A DNA stretch of 17,482 nucleotides from Candidatus Thorarchaeota archaeon (GCA_003345595.1 PRDI01000003.1:1-17482), one strand, 5' to 3'. Positions 7,531 to 15,307 are shown, numbered from the stretch's first letter. The notes: a model not told the origin generated them from the letters alone. Numbers and translations: made by a program.

Positions 7531-7902
7531 ATGGCTAGCATAATGCCAAACGATATGCGTGCGTATTGCGGGTTAGACTGCAAAGCCTGTCCAGCCTACA
7601 TCGCCCTCCAGACCAAAGATGATGAACTGCGTGCTAGGACCGCCCGGAGATGGTCTTCGCCGGGTTTCGTTGTGGAACCTAAGGAGGTCGATTGCGAAGG
7701 CTGCAGGTCGGCCGGGGGAACCATGTTCAAACACTGCTCAGTCTGTAATGTCAGAGCATGTGGAATCAAGAGGGGATTGGTTAACTGCGCATACTGCAAG
7801 GAATACCCTTGTGACAAGCTCCAAACGCTGTACAAGACTCTGGGGGACGAACAGCCTCGGATGGCCCTTGAGAGGATACGGATGACTCTGAAGGCCCTCT
7901 AG
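7531..7902 (+). CDS. DUF3795 family Cys-rich metal-binding protein
   Basis: AYCGLDCKACPAY...CEGC...CSVCNVRAC...NCAYCKEYPC contains 11 Cys, ending in LERIR. The start may be ATG 7543. Confidence 0.85.
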   Translation: MASIMPNDMRAYCGLDCKACPAYIALQTKDDELRARTARRWSSPGFVVEPKEVDCEGCRSAGGTMFKHCSVCNVRACGIKRGLVNCAYCKEYPCDKLQTLYKTLGDEQPRMALERIRMTLKAL

Positions 7903-8023
7903 CACCCTCACAGGGAGGCCCTGCTGGCTCAGCTAACACCGTGATGTCGCCGGGAGTAGTTTCGCACACCTGTGTCCGCTTATCTTCATATTTGTAGCGG
8001 GAAGATCAGCGGAGCTACAGGCA

Positions 8024-9148
8024 ATGATGAGAGCAGGTGTTGCAGAGCTCAGACTGCATCCAGGAAGGGCACCTCACTGGCTGGTCAAGCGCATGATGCC
8101 CATGGCCAGTGCTCTCTGCGAGTTCATCGTCGACGAGTTTGGAACCTTAGAACTCCTCAAACGCCTCTCTGACCCCGTGTACTTTCAGGCCCTCTCCAAC
8201 GTGCTCGGCTATGATTGGGACTCCTCTGGTTCTACGACTGTCACCTGTGGAGTGCTCAAGTCTGTCCTGAGCTTCGAGAAGCATGGCATAGTAGCGGCTG
8301 GCGGGAAGGGGATGGCATCACTGAAGACACCAGACGAACTGAGAGCGCTGGCAGACCGAGGACTCGATGGTGACAGACTTGCGACTGTCAGCAGGGCCGT
8401 CGCCAAAGTTGACAGTGCAGCCATTCAAGATGGCTATCAGTTGTATCATCATGTCTTCTTCGTTGACCACGACGAGAACTGGACTGTAGTTCAGCAGGGC
8501 ATGGACACAAGGATCCGTGATGCTAGGAGGTATCATTGGTTCTCTGAAAAGGTCCGCAGTTTCGTCGAGGAGCCTCATGCTGGTATGATATCCGGTGAGG
8601 TGAAAGGCACTGTTCTCGACATGACTTCCCGTACGTCGGAGGATTGCAGAAACTCGAGTGTCGACGTGGCAAAGGAGGAAACAACTCGCGTAAGGAGACT
8701 CTTCGAGAATATCAAACCCTATGGTGAAAACACACTTGCTCCTTGGCTCAGCGATAACGGTTCGATCTTTGAGGTTCCTTCCTACAAAGTGATCCCGAAG
8801 AGGATGGACTGGGAGGCTGTGAGGAAGGCTTACGAGGTCCAACCCTCCAACTTCGAAGAACTCCTGATGTTGGATGGGATAGGTCCTGCTACTGTCAGAG
8901 GGTTGGCTCTGATTGCTGAGATGATCTTTGGCTCGCCTCCGTCATGGTCAGATCCCGTACGCATGACCTTCGCCTTTGGCGGCAAGGATGGTGTTCCATT
9001 CCCTGTGCCCAGAAAGCAGTATGACGAAGCGATAACGTTCATGGAACGGGCTCTAAGTGATGCGAAGCTGGGAAACAGGGACAAGATCGTTGCCCTGAAA
9101 CGTCTTCAGAGATTTGCACCGCCTGTACTTCGCAATGTTGGGCAGTGA
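8024..9148 (+). CDS. DUF763 family protein with C-terminal helix-hairpin-helix motif
   Basis: GVAELRLHPGRAPHWL; RLSDPVYFQAL..VLGYDWDSSGSTT; GGKG; AKVDSAAIQDGYQLYHH; VVQQGM; ARRYHW; LDGIGPATVRGLALIAE; FAFGGKDGVPFPV. All are typical of DUF763. Confidence 0.9.
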   Translation: MMRAGVAELRLHPGRAPHWLVKRMMPMASALCEFIVDEFGTLELLKRLSDPVYFQALSNVLGYDWDSSGSTTVTCGVLKSVLSFEKHGIVAAGGKGMASLKTPDELRALADRGLDGDRLATVSRAVAKVDSAAIQDGYQLYHHVFFVDHDENWTVVQQGMDTRIRDARRYHWFSEKVRSFVEEPHAGMISGEVKGTVLDMTSRTSEDCRNSSVDVAKEETTRVRRLFENIKPYGENTLAPWLSDNGSIFEVPSYKVIPKRMDWEAVRKAYEVQPSNFEELLMLDGIGPATVRGLALIAEMIFGSPPSWSDPVRMTFAFGGKDGVPFPVPRKQYDEAITFMERALSDAKLGNRDKIVALKRLQRFAPPVLRNVGQ

Positions 9149-9200
9149 AACATGCGCTGTCGCAGACATGTTCCGAAACCGAAGAGTACAATTAGGGACT

Positions 9201-10025
9201 ATGTCGGATTTGCCTCTTGTGATTGAACTCGTCCCCTATGACAACATCGAATGTATCAAGACTGCCACCGCAGGGGATGATGGAAGACCTATCATGTGGG
9301 CGTACGCTTACAGGATTGGCGGCGTGCTTCTCGATACTGGATGCGCGAATGCACTCGGGGACCTTGAGCAACTGAGAGTGGCAGACAGAGTGGACAGGGT
9401 CTACCTGACTCACGAACACGAAGACCACGTAGGAGCTTGCTCTTACTTCGCTCGCAAGTCCTCAGTCTTCGCTCCGAAGTATACTATCGACCTTCTTCGC
9501 GACCCGCCAACAATCACCGAGTTCTTTCGTTTTGTCTGGGGACAACCTGAGGCAGTGACGGGTATTGAGCTAGTACCACCTCGTTTCTCGGTGGGCGACC
9601 TCGACTTCCAGGTCATACCTCTGACCGGGCACGGAAGGGAGATGGTCGGTTTCTATGAGGCACGACAGGGGTGGCTCTTCTCTGCAGACTCGGTCCCGCC
9701 TCCTTCAAAGAAGTTTATCGCTATGAACGACGAGAACATCCCGCAGATGATCTCCACCATGGAGAAGATACTGGAATTGGATGTGAAAGTACTCTTCGAC
9801 GGCCACAAAGGACCGATTGAATCACCGGAGCACTATATCAGAGAGCGAGTGGACTACTTGAAGGAAATCAAACAAAAGGTGAAGGCGCTTCATGAGAGCG
9901 GGACGTCGGAAGCCCAGATTCAGATTGCTCTTGACTTTAAGGGACCATGGTATCTTGAATTGACCAAGGGTCGCTTCGGGATAGACCTCTTCATCAAGTC
10001 ACTGGTTTTTGACACGGCGCCCTAG
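9201..10025 (+). CDS. Metallo-beta-lactamase-fold hydrolase
   Basis: LLDTG; THEHEDH (HxHxDH); TGH; LFSAD; FDGH. Start is ATG 9201 or 9168; the track's 9114 start overlaps DUF763. Confidence 0.9.
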   Translation: MSDLPLVIELVPYDNIECIKTATAGDDGRPIMWAYAYRIGGVLLDTGCANALGDLEQLRVADRVDRVYLTHEHEDHVGACSYFARKSSVFAPKYTIDLLRDPPTITEFFRFVWGQPEAVTGIELVPPRFSVGDLDFQVIPLTGHGREMVGFYEARQGWLFSADSVPPPSKKFIAMNDENIPQMISTMEKILELDVKVLFDGHKGPIESPEHYIRERVDYLKEIKQKVKALHESGTSEAQIQIALDFKGPWYLELTKGRFGIDLFIKSLVFDTAP

Positions 10026-10146
10026 ATCAAGTGTGCCTCGGCAAAGTGCAGCTAGACCATCAGCCATAAGTGGATGCAGTCAGTAGTCATTGCTAGTCTA
10101 TTGCACACAGAAAGGTCACTAGCCAGTTTGAGAGAAGCCGATAAAG

Positions 10147-10479
10147 ATGATACCCGTCGCTGTCATAGTCGTACTCGTCGCAACGGTTCTTGTCGTGCCC
10201 TTCATCCTCCCCTCGATGCTGGTGGACTGCGTCGGTTGGATGCTGAGAGGCCGACCGGACGACTATGAGGGCTGGTGTTACTACGGCAGGCTGCTCGCTC
10301 ATAGAGGTAGGTATGCTGAAGCGGTATATGCTTTCGACAAGGCACTTATGCTGAAGCCAGACTACGCAGAAGTCTGGGAGAAACTGGGTGATTCGCTGAC
10401 CGCGATGGGCAAGCTTGAAGACGCAGCGCAAGCGTACGAGAACGCAAGAAACGGGGAAGACGACAGCAGCGCTGCGTGA
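10147..10479 (+). CDS. Small membrane-anchored TPR protein
   Basis: N-terminal hydrophobic helix plus two TPRs (WCYYGRLL..RGRYAEAVYAFDKAL..KPD; WEKLGDSL..MGKLEDAAQAYENA). Confidence 0.8.
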   Translation: MIPVAVIVVLVATVLVVPFILPSMLVDCVGWMLRGRPDDYEGWCYYGRLLAHRGRYAEAVYAFDKALMLKPDYAEVWEKLGDSLTAMGKLEDAAQAYENARNGEDDSSAA

Positions 10480-10702
10480 CCATCTCGGGAATAGTGACCG
10501 CCAATACACGAAACCGTAAGAGAAGATGGTCGGCATTCAGTTTCTACAATGAGGAGAGTCATATATCTAGCACTCTTTCTTTATGGAAACCGCTTAGCAA
10601 GTAATTGAAAAACTTGGTATTCAGCCCGTGCTGAGTCAGACACATGATGACCCAGCACGTGCTGAGATTCGCGGCCAGTCCGCAGCTGGCTTGGATTGCC
10701 TC

Positions 10703-10963
10703 TCAGCTCTTCTTGTGCCGCTTGCGGTCGTATGACTCCCAATGAGTGACGGCAGCAGTCAGACCCCTTGACTTAAGCTCGCTGAGCACGATTTCGCGTA
10801 TCTCTGAGCTCTTTATCACGCTGACCGGTTTTGATGCAACAGAACTTGCGATCTGTTTGGCTACATCGTACGACACACCGGACTTGACTACAGCCACCAC
10901 TATCTTTTCAGGCATGAAGGGCTCGGTTTCACCGGTTCTCTTCTTGACTTCCACATCTCTCAC
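10703..10963 (-). CDS. Stand-alone ATP-cone domain protein
   Basis: VKKRTGETEPFMPEKI..AV.KSG...A..IA...I.SSEIREIVL.EL matches the ATP-cone pattern VxKRxG..E.F...KI. Confidence 0.85.
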   Translation of the reverse strand: MRDVEVKKRTGETEPFMPEKIVVAVVKSGVSYDVAKQIASSVASKPVSVIKSSEIREIVLSELKSRGLTAAVTHWESYDRKRHKKS

Positions 10964-11112
10964 CTTGACTAGAAACGGTCAACACCGTTCAACACTCCTT
11001 TAGTGTGAAGTCTAATAAACAACTTGAAAATCCCCTAGGACTATTCTCCAGCTAGAGAAGTTTCCCTGCAGCCCGAAGTGATACCAAGCGGGGACTGAAT
11101 CCCACCTCCAGA

Positions 11113-12270
11113 CTAGCGCCCTTCCTGCTGTTTTCTCCTACGAATCTCAACACCGTCCCTGAACTGGCGACGCTCGGCCTTCTCCCGTTCCTTGGCTGCT
11201 CTGGCCGCCTCCTTTTGTCTGCCACAGTTTATTCTCGCAGCCCGACCGAGCTCATGCACCCTTGCTGCCTCTTTCTCGTCACCAGTCTTCTTGTACAGCT
11301 TGCGAGCATGCTCCCACGCCTCTTCAGCAGAGCAGAAGTCGCTTAGACGCGCATAGTTGGTGGCCTGCGCGTCATAAATGTGGGGGTCATCCTTAACGAT
11401 TGACGTCAGAGCAGACCATGCCCTGCTGGCGTCTTGCCATTGTTCGAGCTCCATGTACAGGAAGCCCAAGTTCTTCAGCGCCGATGTATGGTTTCTCTTC
11501 CTCACAATAGCCCTCTCAAAGTGTTTGGCCGCATCATGTAACCTGCCCTCCTTGTATGCTACCATGCCCATGGAATTCTCAACCGAGGCGTCGGAGGGGT
11601 CAATCTCAGAGGCCCTCTTGAGTGCTTTCATGGCCGACTTGTACTTGCCTGCCCTCATGTTGACATCTGCCAGAACACGCCAAGCTTCGATTTCATCGGG
11701 AGCCAGCTTTGTCGCAGACTCGGCCGACTCGTCTGCCTCCTTCCACTTCTCCAGCATGGCAAGGGCAATCGCACGGTGGACGAGTGTCGCCGCCAGCTTT
11801 GAATCTATTGAGAGCGCTTGGTCATACTTCTTGACTGCTTCCTCGAATCGGCCCAGCTCCAGTTCGATGTCGCCTGCTCGTATCCACAAACCCGCTTCTT
11901 CAGGAGCTTGTCTTGAAATGGTTTCAAGGCACTCCAGCTCCTCCTCGGAGCGACCGAGCAACCGTAGAGCCAGCGCCTTGTCTCGCAGGATTGTCACGTT
12001 CTCAGGCACCAGTTCAAGGGCTCTGCCAATGGACTTCAGTGCGTCTCCGGCCTTCTCAGGTCCAATCGCCAAGAGAATGCGAGCACGGTTGGTGTGGGCC
12101 TCTGGATGATTCGGATCCAAACGTATTGCTTGGTCGACACTCCTGAGAGCCTCGCCGAACTGCTTCGCTGTCGCTAACAGGACACCCCGACTGTTCCACG
12201 CCGATGCATCGTTTGGATTGGTCTTGAGGTATTTCTCAACCTCCTTGAGCGAGTCTTCTGTCGATGCCAT
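11113..12270 (-). CDS. Tetratricopeptide-repeat protein (about 9 TPRs) with charged C-terminal helix
   Basis: 34-aa periodicity: AWNSRGVLL...FGEALRSVDQAIRLDP; LWIRAGDIELELGRFEEAVKKYDQALSID; AWRVLADVNMRAGKYKSAMKALKRASEIDP; etc. Confidence 0.9.
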   Translation of the reverse strand: MASTEDSLKEVEKYLKTNPNDASAWNSRGVLLATAKQFGEALRSVDQAIRLDPNHPEAHTNRARILLAIGPEKAGDALKSIGRALELVPENVTILRDKALALRLLGRSEEELECLETISRQAPEEAGLWIRAGDIELELGRFEEAVKKYDQALSIDSKLAATLVHRAIALAMLEKWKEADESAESATKLAPDEIEAWRVLADVNMRAGKYKSAMKALKRASEIDPSDASVENSMGMVAYKEGRLHDAAKHFERAIVRKRNHTSALKNLGFLYMELEQWQDASRAWSALTSIVKDDPHIYDAQATNYARLSDFCSAEEAWEHARKLYKKTGDEKEAARVHELGRAARINCGRQKEAARAAKEREKAERRQFRDGVEIRRRKQQEGR

Positions 12271-12385
12271 CGAAACCGAGAGCCGTTCGAATGCCTGACT
12301 GAAAAGACTTCGGATGATGAACCCGTGTGGATAATCCGGCCCTACAGATATAAGTGGCTCTTGGGAGCCGTGCTACTGGCTGTAC

Positions 12386-13159
12386 ATGAAGACTGACTAC
12401 TTCAAGGCTATCGTATTTGATATGGGCAATACGCTCTATACCGCCGCTCCGAATCTGGTCGACGTAACAAGCGGATTCCTCCGAGAATTGGGGCTGTCAG
12501 ACCCTAGCACCCTATCTGCCGAGCGGATAGCACAGGCCATTGATGGACAGGCAGAGCCTTGGTTGGATGGAGTGATGCGGAATAACGACGCACAACCAAA
12601 ATGGGCACCTTCGCATGATGAATGGCTGGAATACGATCGGATCCTACTCTCAGCACTAGGTGTCACTGAAGGGCTGGACGAAAAGGCACGAAAGTATCAG
12701 AAGATGTGGGATGCCAAGCTAGCGAGAATGGAAGTGAGGCTTGTCGACGGCTGTAGGGAAACGCTTCAGGAATCGCACTCAAGGGGGTACAAGCTAGGCA
12801 TAGCGTCCAACAGATGGGACGACCCCCATGCGTTGCTCAAGAGAGACTCGATCGCAGACCTCTTCGACTGCATAGAGTACACGAACGTCCCGGGTTACAG
12901 GAAGCCCTCTCCGTACATGCTGATTAGGGCGGCGAACGAACTGGAGATCAACCCTTTGAGAATTGCTTTTGTCGGAGACATGACAGAGTACGATGTGGAG
13001 GCCGCCATGAGAGCCGGTGCGCTCCCGGTGCTCCTGACACAGTGTCATCCCGGAGAAACAGTGAATGCGCCTGCCGGGACCGTAATTGTGAAGCACATGA
13101 AGGATCTGCTTCAGGCTGTGAGCCGGGAGGGCACCAGAGCCCAACACAGACAATGCTAA
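12386..13159 (+). CDS. HAD-superfamily hydrolase (subfamily IA-like)
   Basis: Motif I FDMGNTL; motif II GIASN; motif III RKPSP; motif IV FVGDMTEYDV. TATA-like GATATAAG at 12347-12354. Confidence 0.9.
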   Translation: MKTDYFKAIVFDMGNTLYTAAPNLVDVTSGFLRELGLSDPSTLSAERIAQAIDGQAEPWLDGVMRNNDAQPKWAPSHDEWLEYDRILLSALGVTEGLDEKARKYQKMWDAKLARMEVRLVDGCRETLQESHSRGYKLGIASNRWDDPHALLKRDSIADLFDCIEYTNVPGYRKPSPYMLIRAANELEINPLRIAFVGDMTEYDVEAAMRAGALPVLLTQCHPGETVNAPAGTVIVKHMKDLLQAVSREGTRAQHRQC

Positions 13160-13188
13160 AGGCAGCGGTTCGAAGGCATTTGCCACAG

Positions 13189-13947
13189 ATGAAGACTCTG
13201 ACAATCATTGTCGTGCTGATTGCACTCGTGCCAGTACTGCTCGCCCCAATAGCGTCGTCACAGTCGAACAACAGTCTGCAGTGGGGAAAGGACGTTGGCG
13301 ATGAAATCACATACGTCCTCCAAAGGAAGGTACTTGACCCATCATTCGCTCAGTACTTTGCTGATTATGCGCCGTTTATCACGAGAGTGTCGGAGGGTCA
13401 GAAGGTCATAGCGAATGTCACCTACCTGTCTCCTATTCCGACCATGATTAATGCTTCGACCGAAATGCCGTACTCTAACTGCACCCTAATCCGTGAGAAC
13501 GATTCTGAAACCCTGACAGAGGGGTTTAGCATGGTCGTCATCCCAACGGGTGACTGGGACTTCATGACTGAAGTGGGCAACTATACGGGGGTCGAAGGCT
13601 TTGCCATAACATTGGTCAACAACGAGAATGAGTGGGGCACCGTAATGGAGGGCTCGTTCCAAGCTTTCATCTTCACAGTCACATTACACTGGGAAATGCG
13701 GTATGAGAAGATCAATGGTACTCTCAACTACATGCGAGTCAATGTGGACATGGGCGGGAATGATATCATTGACGTGATTTTCGCACAGTGGCATCCGGGC
13801 ATGGACACGGTACTGCCAAACGAGCTGCAGTTGCTCACTGTTGTCCTGGGCAGTGCCGTTGGGGTGACAGTCCTCGTTGTTGGTTATTTCATCTGGAGAA
13901 GGCACCGGCATGCGAACCCTGAGGCCCAGATACCCGTTTCGCAGTGA
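13189..13947 (+). CDS. Hypothetical secreted, C-terminally membrane-anchored protein (paralog 1)
   Basis: Signal peptide MKTLTIIVVLIALVPVLLAPIA; C-terminal TM helix plus RRHRH; collinear similarity to 14035-14787. The track's upstream extension from 13042 overlaps the HAD gene. Confidence 0.8.
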   Translation: MKTLTIIVVLIALVPVLLAPIASSQSNNSLQWGKDVGDEITYVLQRKVLDPSFAQYFADYAPFITRVSEGQKVIANVTYLSPIPTMINASTEMPYSNCTLIRENDSETLTEGFSMVVIPTGDWDFMTEVGNYTGVEGFAITLVNNENEWGTVMEGSFQAFIFTVTLHWEMRYEKINGTLNYMRVNVDMGGNDIIDVIFAQWHPGMDTVLPNELQLLTVVLGSAVGVTVLVVGYFIWRRHRHANPEAQIPVSQ

Positions 13948-14034
13948 GAGAATGTTTACATAGTCATGTTGATTTGCGAGGAAGGCCAGAAAAGCCGTAT
14001 TCATCCGATTGATACAAAAACGGAGAGAACCAGA

Positions 14035-14787
14035 ATGCAACGCCAATGGAAGCTTATGATTGTCGGTCTCCTTCTGTCATGCACACTGTACCCGTTGGCT
14101 CTCGCGGCACCCAACAACAGCTTGTATTGGGCTGTACAAGTCGACGACGAGTTCACCTATGCACTACAGAGGTATCTTGTGCCTGATGACAGCAGGTGGG
14201 TGGACGTTGCGTCCCATACTCTGCCATTCGGCGATCTGATTGGAGTGGGAAACAAGGTGGTGGCTAAGGTGACCGGACTTGACCCAGTACCGGACCAGAT
14301 CAACGTCACAGCCGACGTCCCGAATTCGTTCTGTGCGGTCTTGCAGGAGAGCGACTCATTGGAGATATGGAGCGACTCCACGCTCTTTGTAGTACCAGTT
14401 GGAGACTGGGATCTGCTGACCAACATGAGCGGCCTCATCATTGAGGGTTCCACACTCATTGATAATGACCAAGAGTGGGGCGTCACCCAGACTGGGGCCT
14501 TCACACAGGACAGCACTCCTATCGAGTTCACCTACGAGATCAGGTACGAGAAGACGAATGGGACTCTCAGCTATCTCAGGTCTCGATATCGCGCCTATGG
14601 CAATGACATCTTTGACATAGTGTTCGTCCGATGGTTCCCAGGGATGCCAACCATTCTTCCCCCTGAGCTCCAATTGTCAACAGTCTTGATAGCCCTGCTA
14701 GCTGTTGGTGTGGTATCCGTCGTTTCCGTGCTGGTCTACAAGAAGTACACATCGAAGAAACCCATTATTCAGCGCCTTGGAGAATAG
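14035..14787 (+). CDS. Hypothetical secreted, C-terminally membrane-anchored protein (paralog 2)
   Basis: Signal peptide MQRQWKLMIVGLLLSCTLYPLALA; C-terminal TM helix plus KKYTSKK. Shares NNSL.W...DE.TY.LQR, P.GDWD, EWG, E.RYEK.NGTL.Y.R and W.PGM.T.LP.ELQL with paralog 1. Confidence 0.8.
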   Translation: MQRQWKLMIVGLLLSCTLYPLALAAPNNSLYWAVQVDDEFTYALQRYLVPDDSRWVDVASHTLPFGDLIGVGNKVVAKVTGLDPVPDQINVTADVPNSFCAVLQESDSLEIWSDSTLFVVPVGDWDLLTNMSGLIIEGSTLIDNDQEWGVTQTGAFTQDSTPIEFTYEIRYEKTNGTLSYLRSRYRAYGNDIFDIVFVRWFPGMPTILPPELQLSTVLIALLAVGVVSVVSVLVYKKYTSKKPIIQRLGE

Positions 14788-14837
14788 AGCTTCAAGGGAC
14801 AAGCGAAGCAGCAATCTCACGTGACTCTGGTGACAGC

Positions 14838-15188
14838 ATGAAACATAAGACCATACCGCCAAAGGCCAAAAAGATAGAGTGCTCTGAGGGCGGATCGAGT
14901 TACTCCCTCAGGGCTGGCGATTTGTTCTACTACGAGTTCTACAGGCACGAGTCGGTGGGAAAGGAAGTCGAGTTTCAGATCGGCGATGATGGACTCATAT
15001 CTCAGGTCGACACTTACAAGGAATACGTCCACCCTGAAAGAATGAAACCCGGTTGGACTGGAGGAGACCTCCAGAAGGGCCAGTGGTTCTTCCGAGCAGA
15101 CAAGTCCGGCACCTCGTCCATCATCATACGCAACATGTTTCGGGGACGACTTGAAAGTGAATGTAGAATCGAGATCGTCGTGACCTGA
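14838..15188 (+). CDS. Small beta-sandwich protein, divergent chagasin/I42 protease-inhibitor-like
   Basis: L.AGD...Y....HESVG....F; GWTGGD; WFFRADKSGTSSIII; C-terminal IEIVV. This pattern parallels I42 (G.GG...F.F.A...G...I). GGTGA RBS lies 5 nt upstream of the ATG. Confidence 0.5.
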   Translation: MKHKTIPPKAKKIECSEGGSSYSLRAGDLFYYEFYRHESVGKEVEFQIGDDGLISQVDTYKEYVHPERMKPGWTGGDLQKGQWFFRADKSGTSSIIIRNMFRGRLESECRIEIVVT

Positions 15189-15307
15189 TCATCTCTTTTA
15201 CCGCATTTGCCCAAAGTGGACTTCGATTTGTGTGAAATGCTGAGATGTAAGCATAATTATGGTACTGTGCAAGCGATTCAGACAGCTTCTCTTGTTCGGG
15301 TGAGCGT

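Noticed and set aside
8318-8842. 174-aa minus-strand ORF
   Set aside because: It is an antisense shadow within the well-conserved DUF763 gene.
10478-10531. 8-bp inverted repeat GACCATCT...AGATGGTC overlapping the TGA stop of the small TPR gene, as a possible recoding signal
   Set aside because: Read-through would add only a few residues before a TAG (PSRE*), and the 38-nt loop shows no SECIS core. It is at most a 3'-UTR hairpin.
10093-10536. 147-aa minus-strand ORF
   Set aside because: It is antisense to the clearly TPR-patterned 10147-10479 gene and has no recognisable features.
11378-12109. 243-aa + strand ORF
   Set aside because: It lies antisense to the TPR gene in the mirrored frame. 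The Ser/Ala-rich composition is the expected shadow of Glu/Ala/Leu-rich helical repeats, and it has no motifs.
12386-13159. HAD motif I DxG instead of DxD, as a sign of an inactive enzyme
   Set aside because: DxGxT variants are common in subfamily IA HAD hydrolases. The nucleophile Asp and motifs II-IV are intact.
13042-13188. Cys-containing N-terminal extension of the 13042 ORF
   Set aside because: It overlaps the HAD gene. The signal peptide and the similarity to the paralog indicate a start at 13189.
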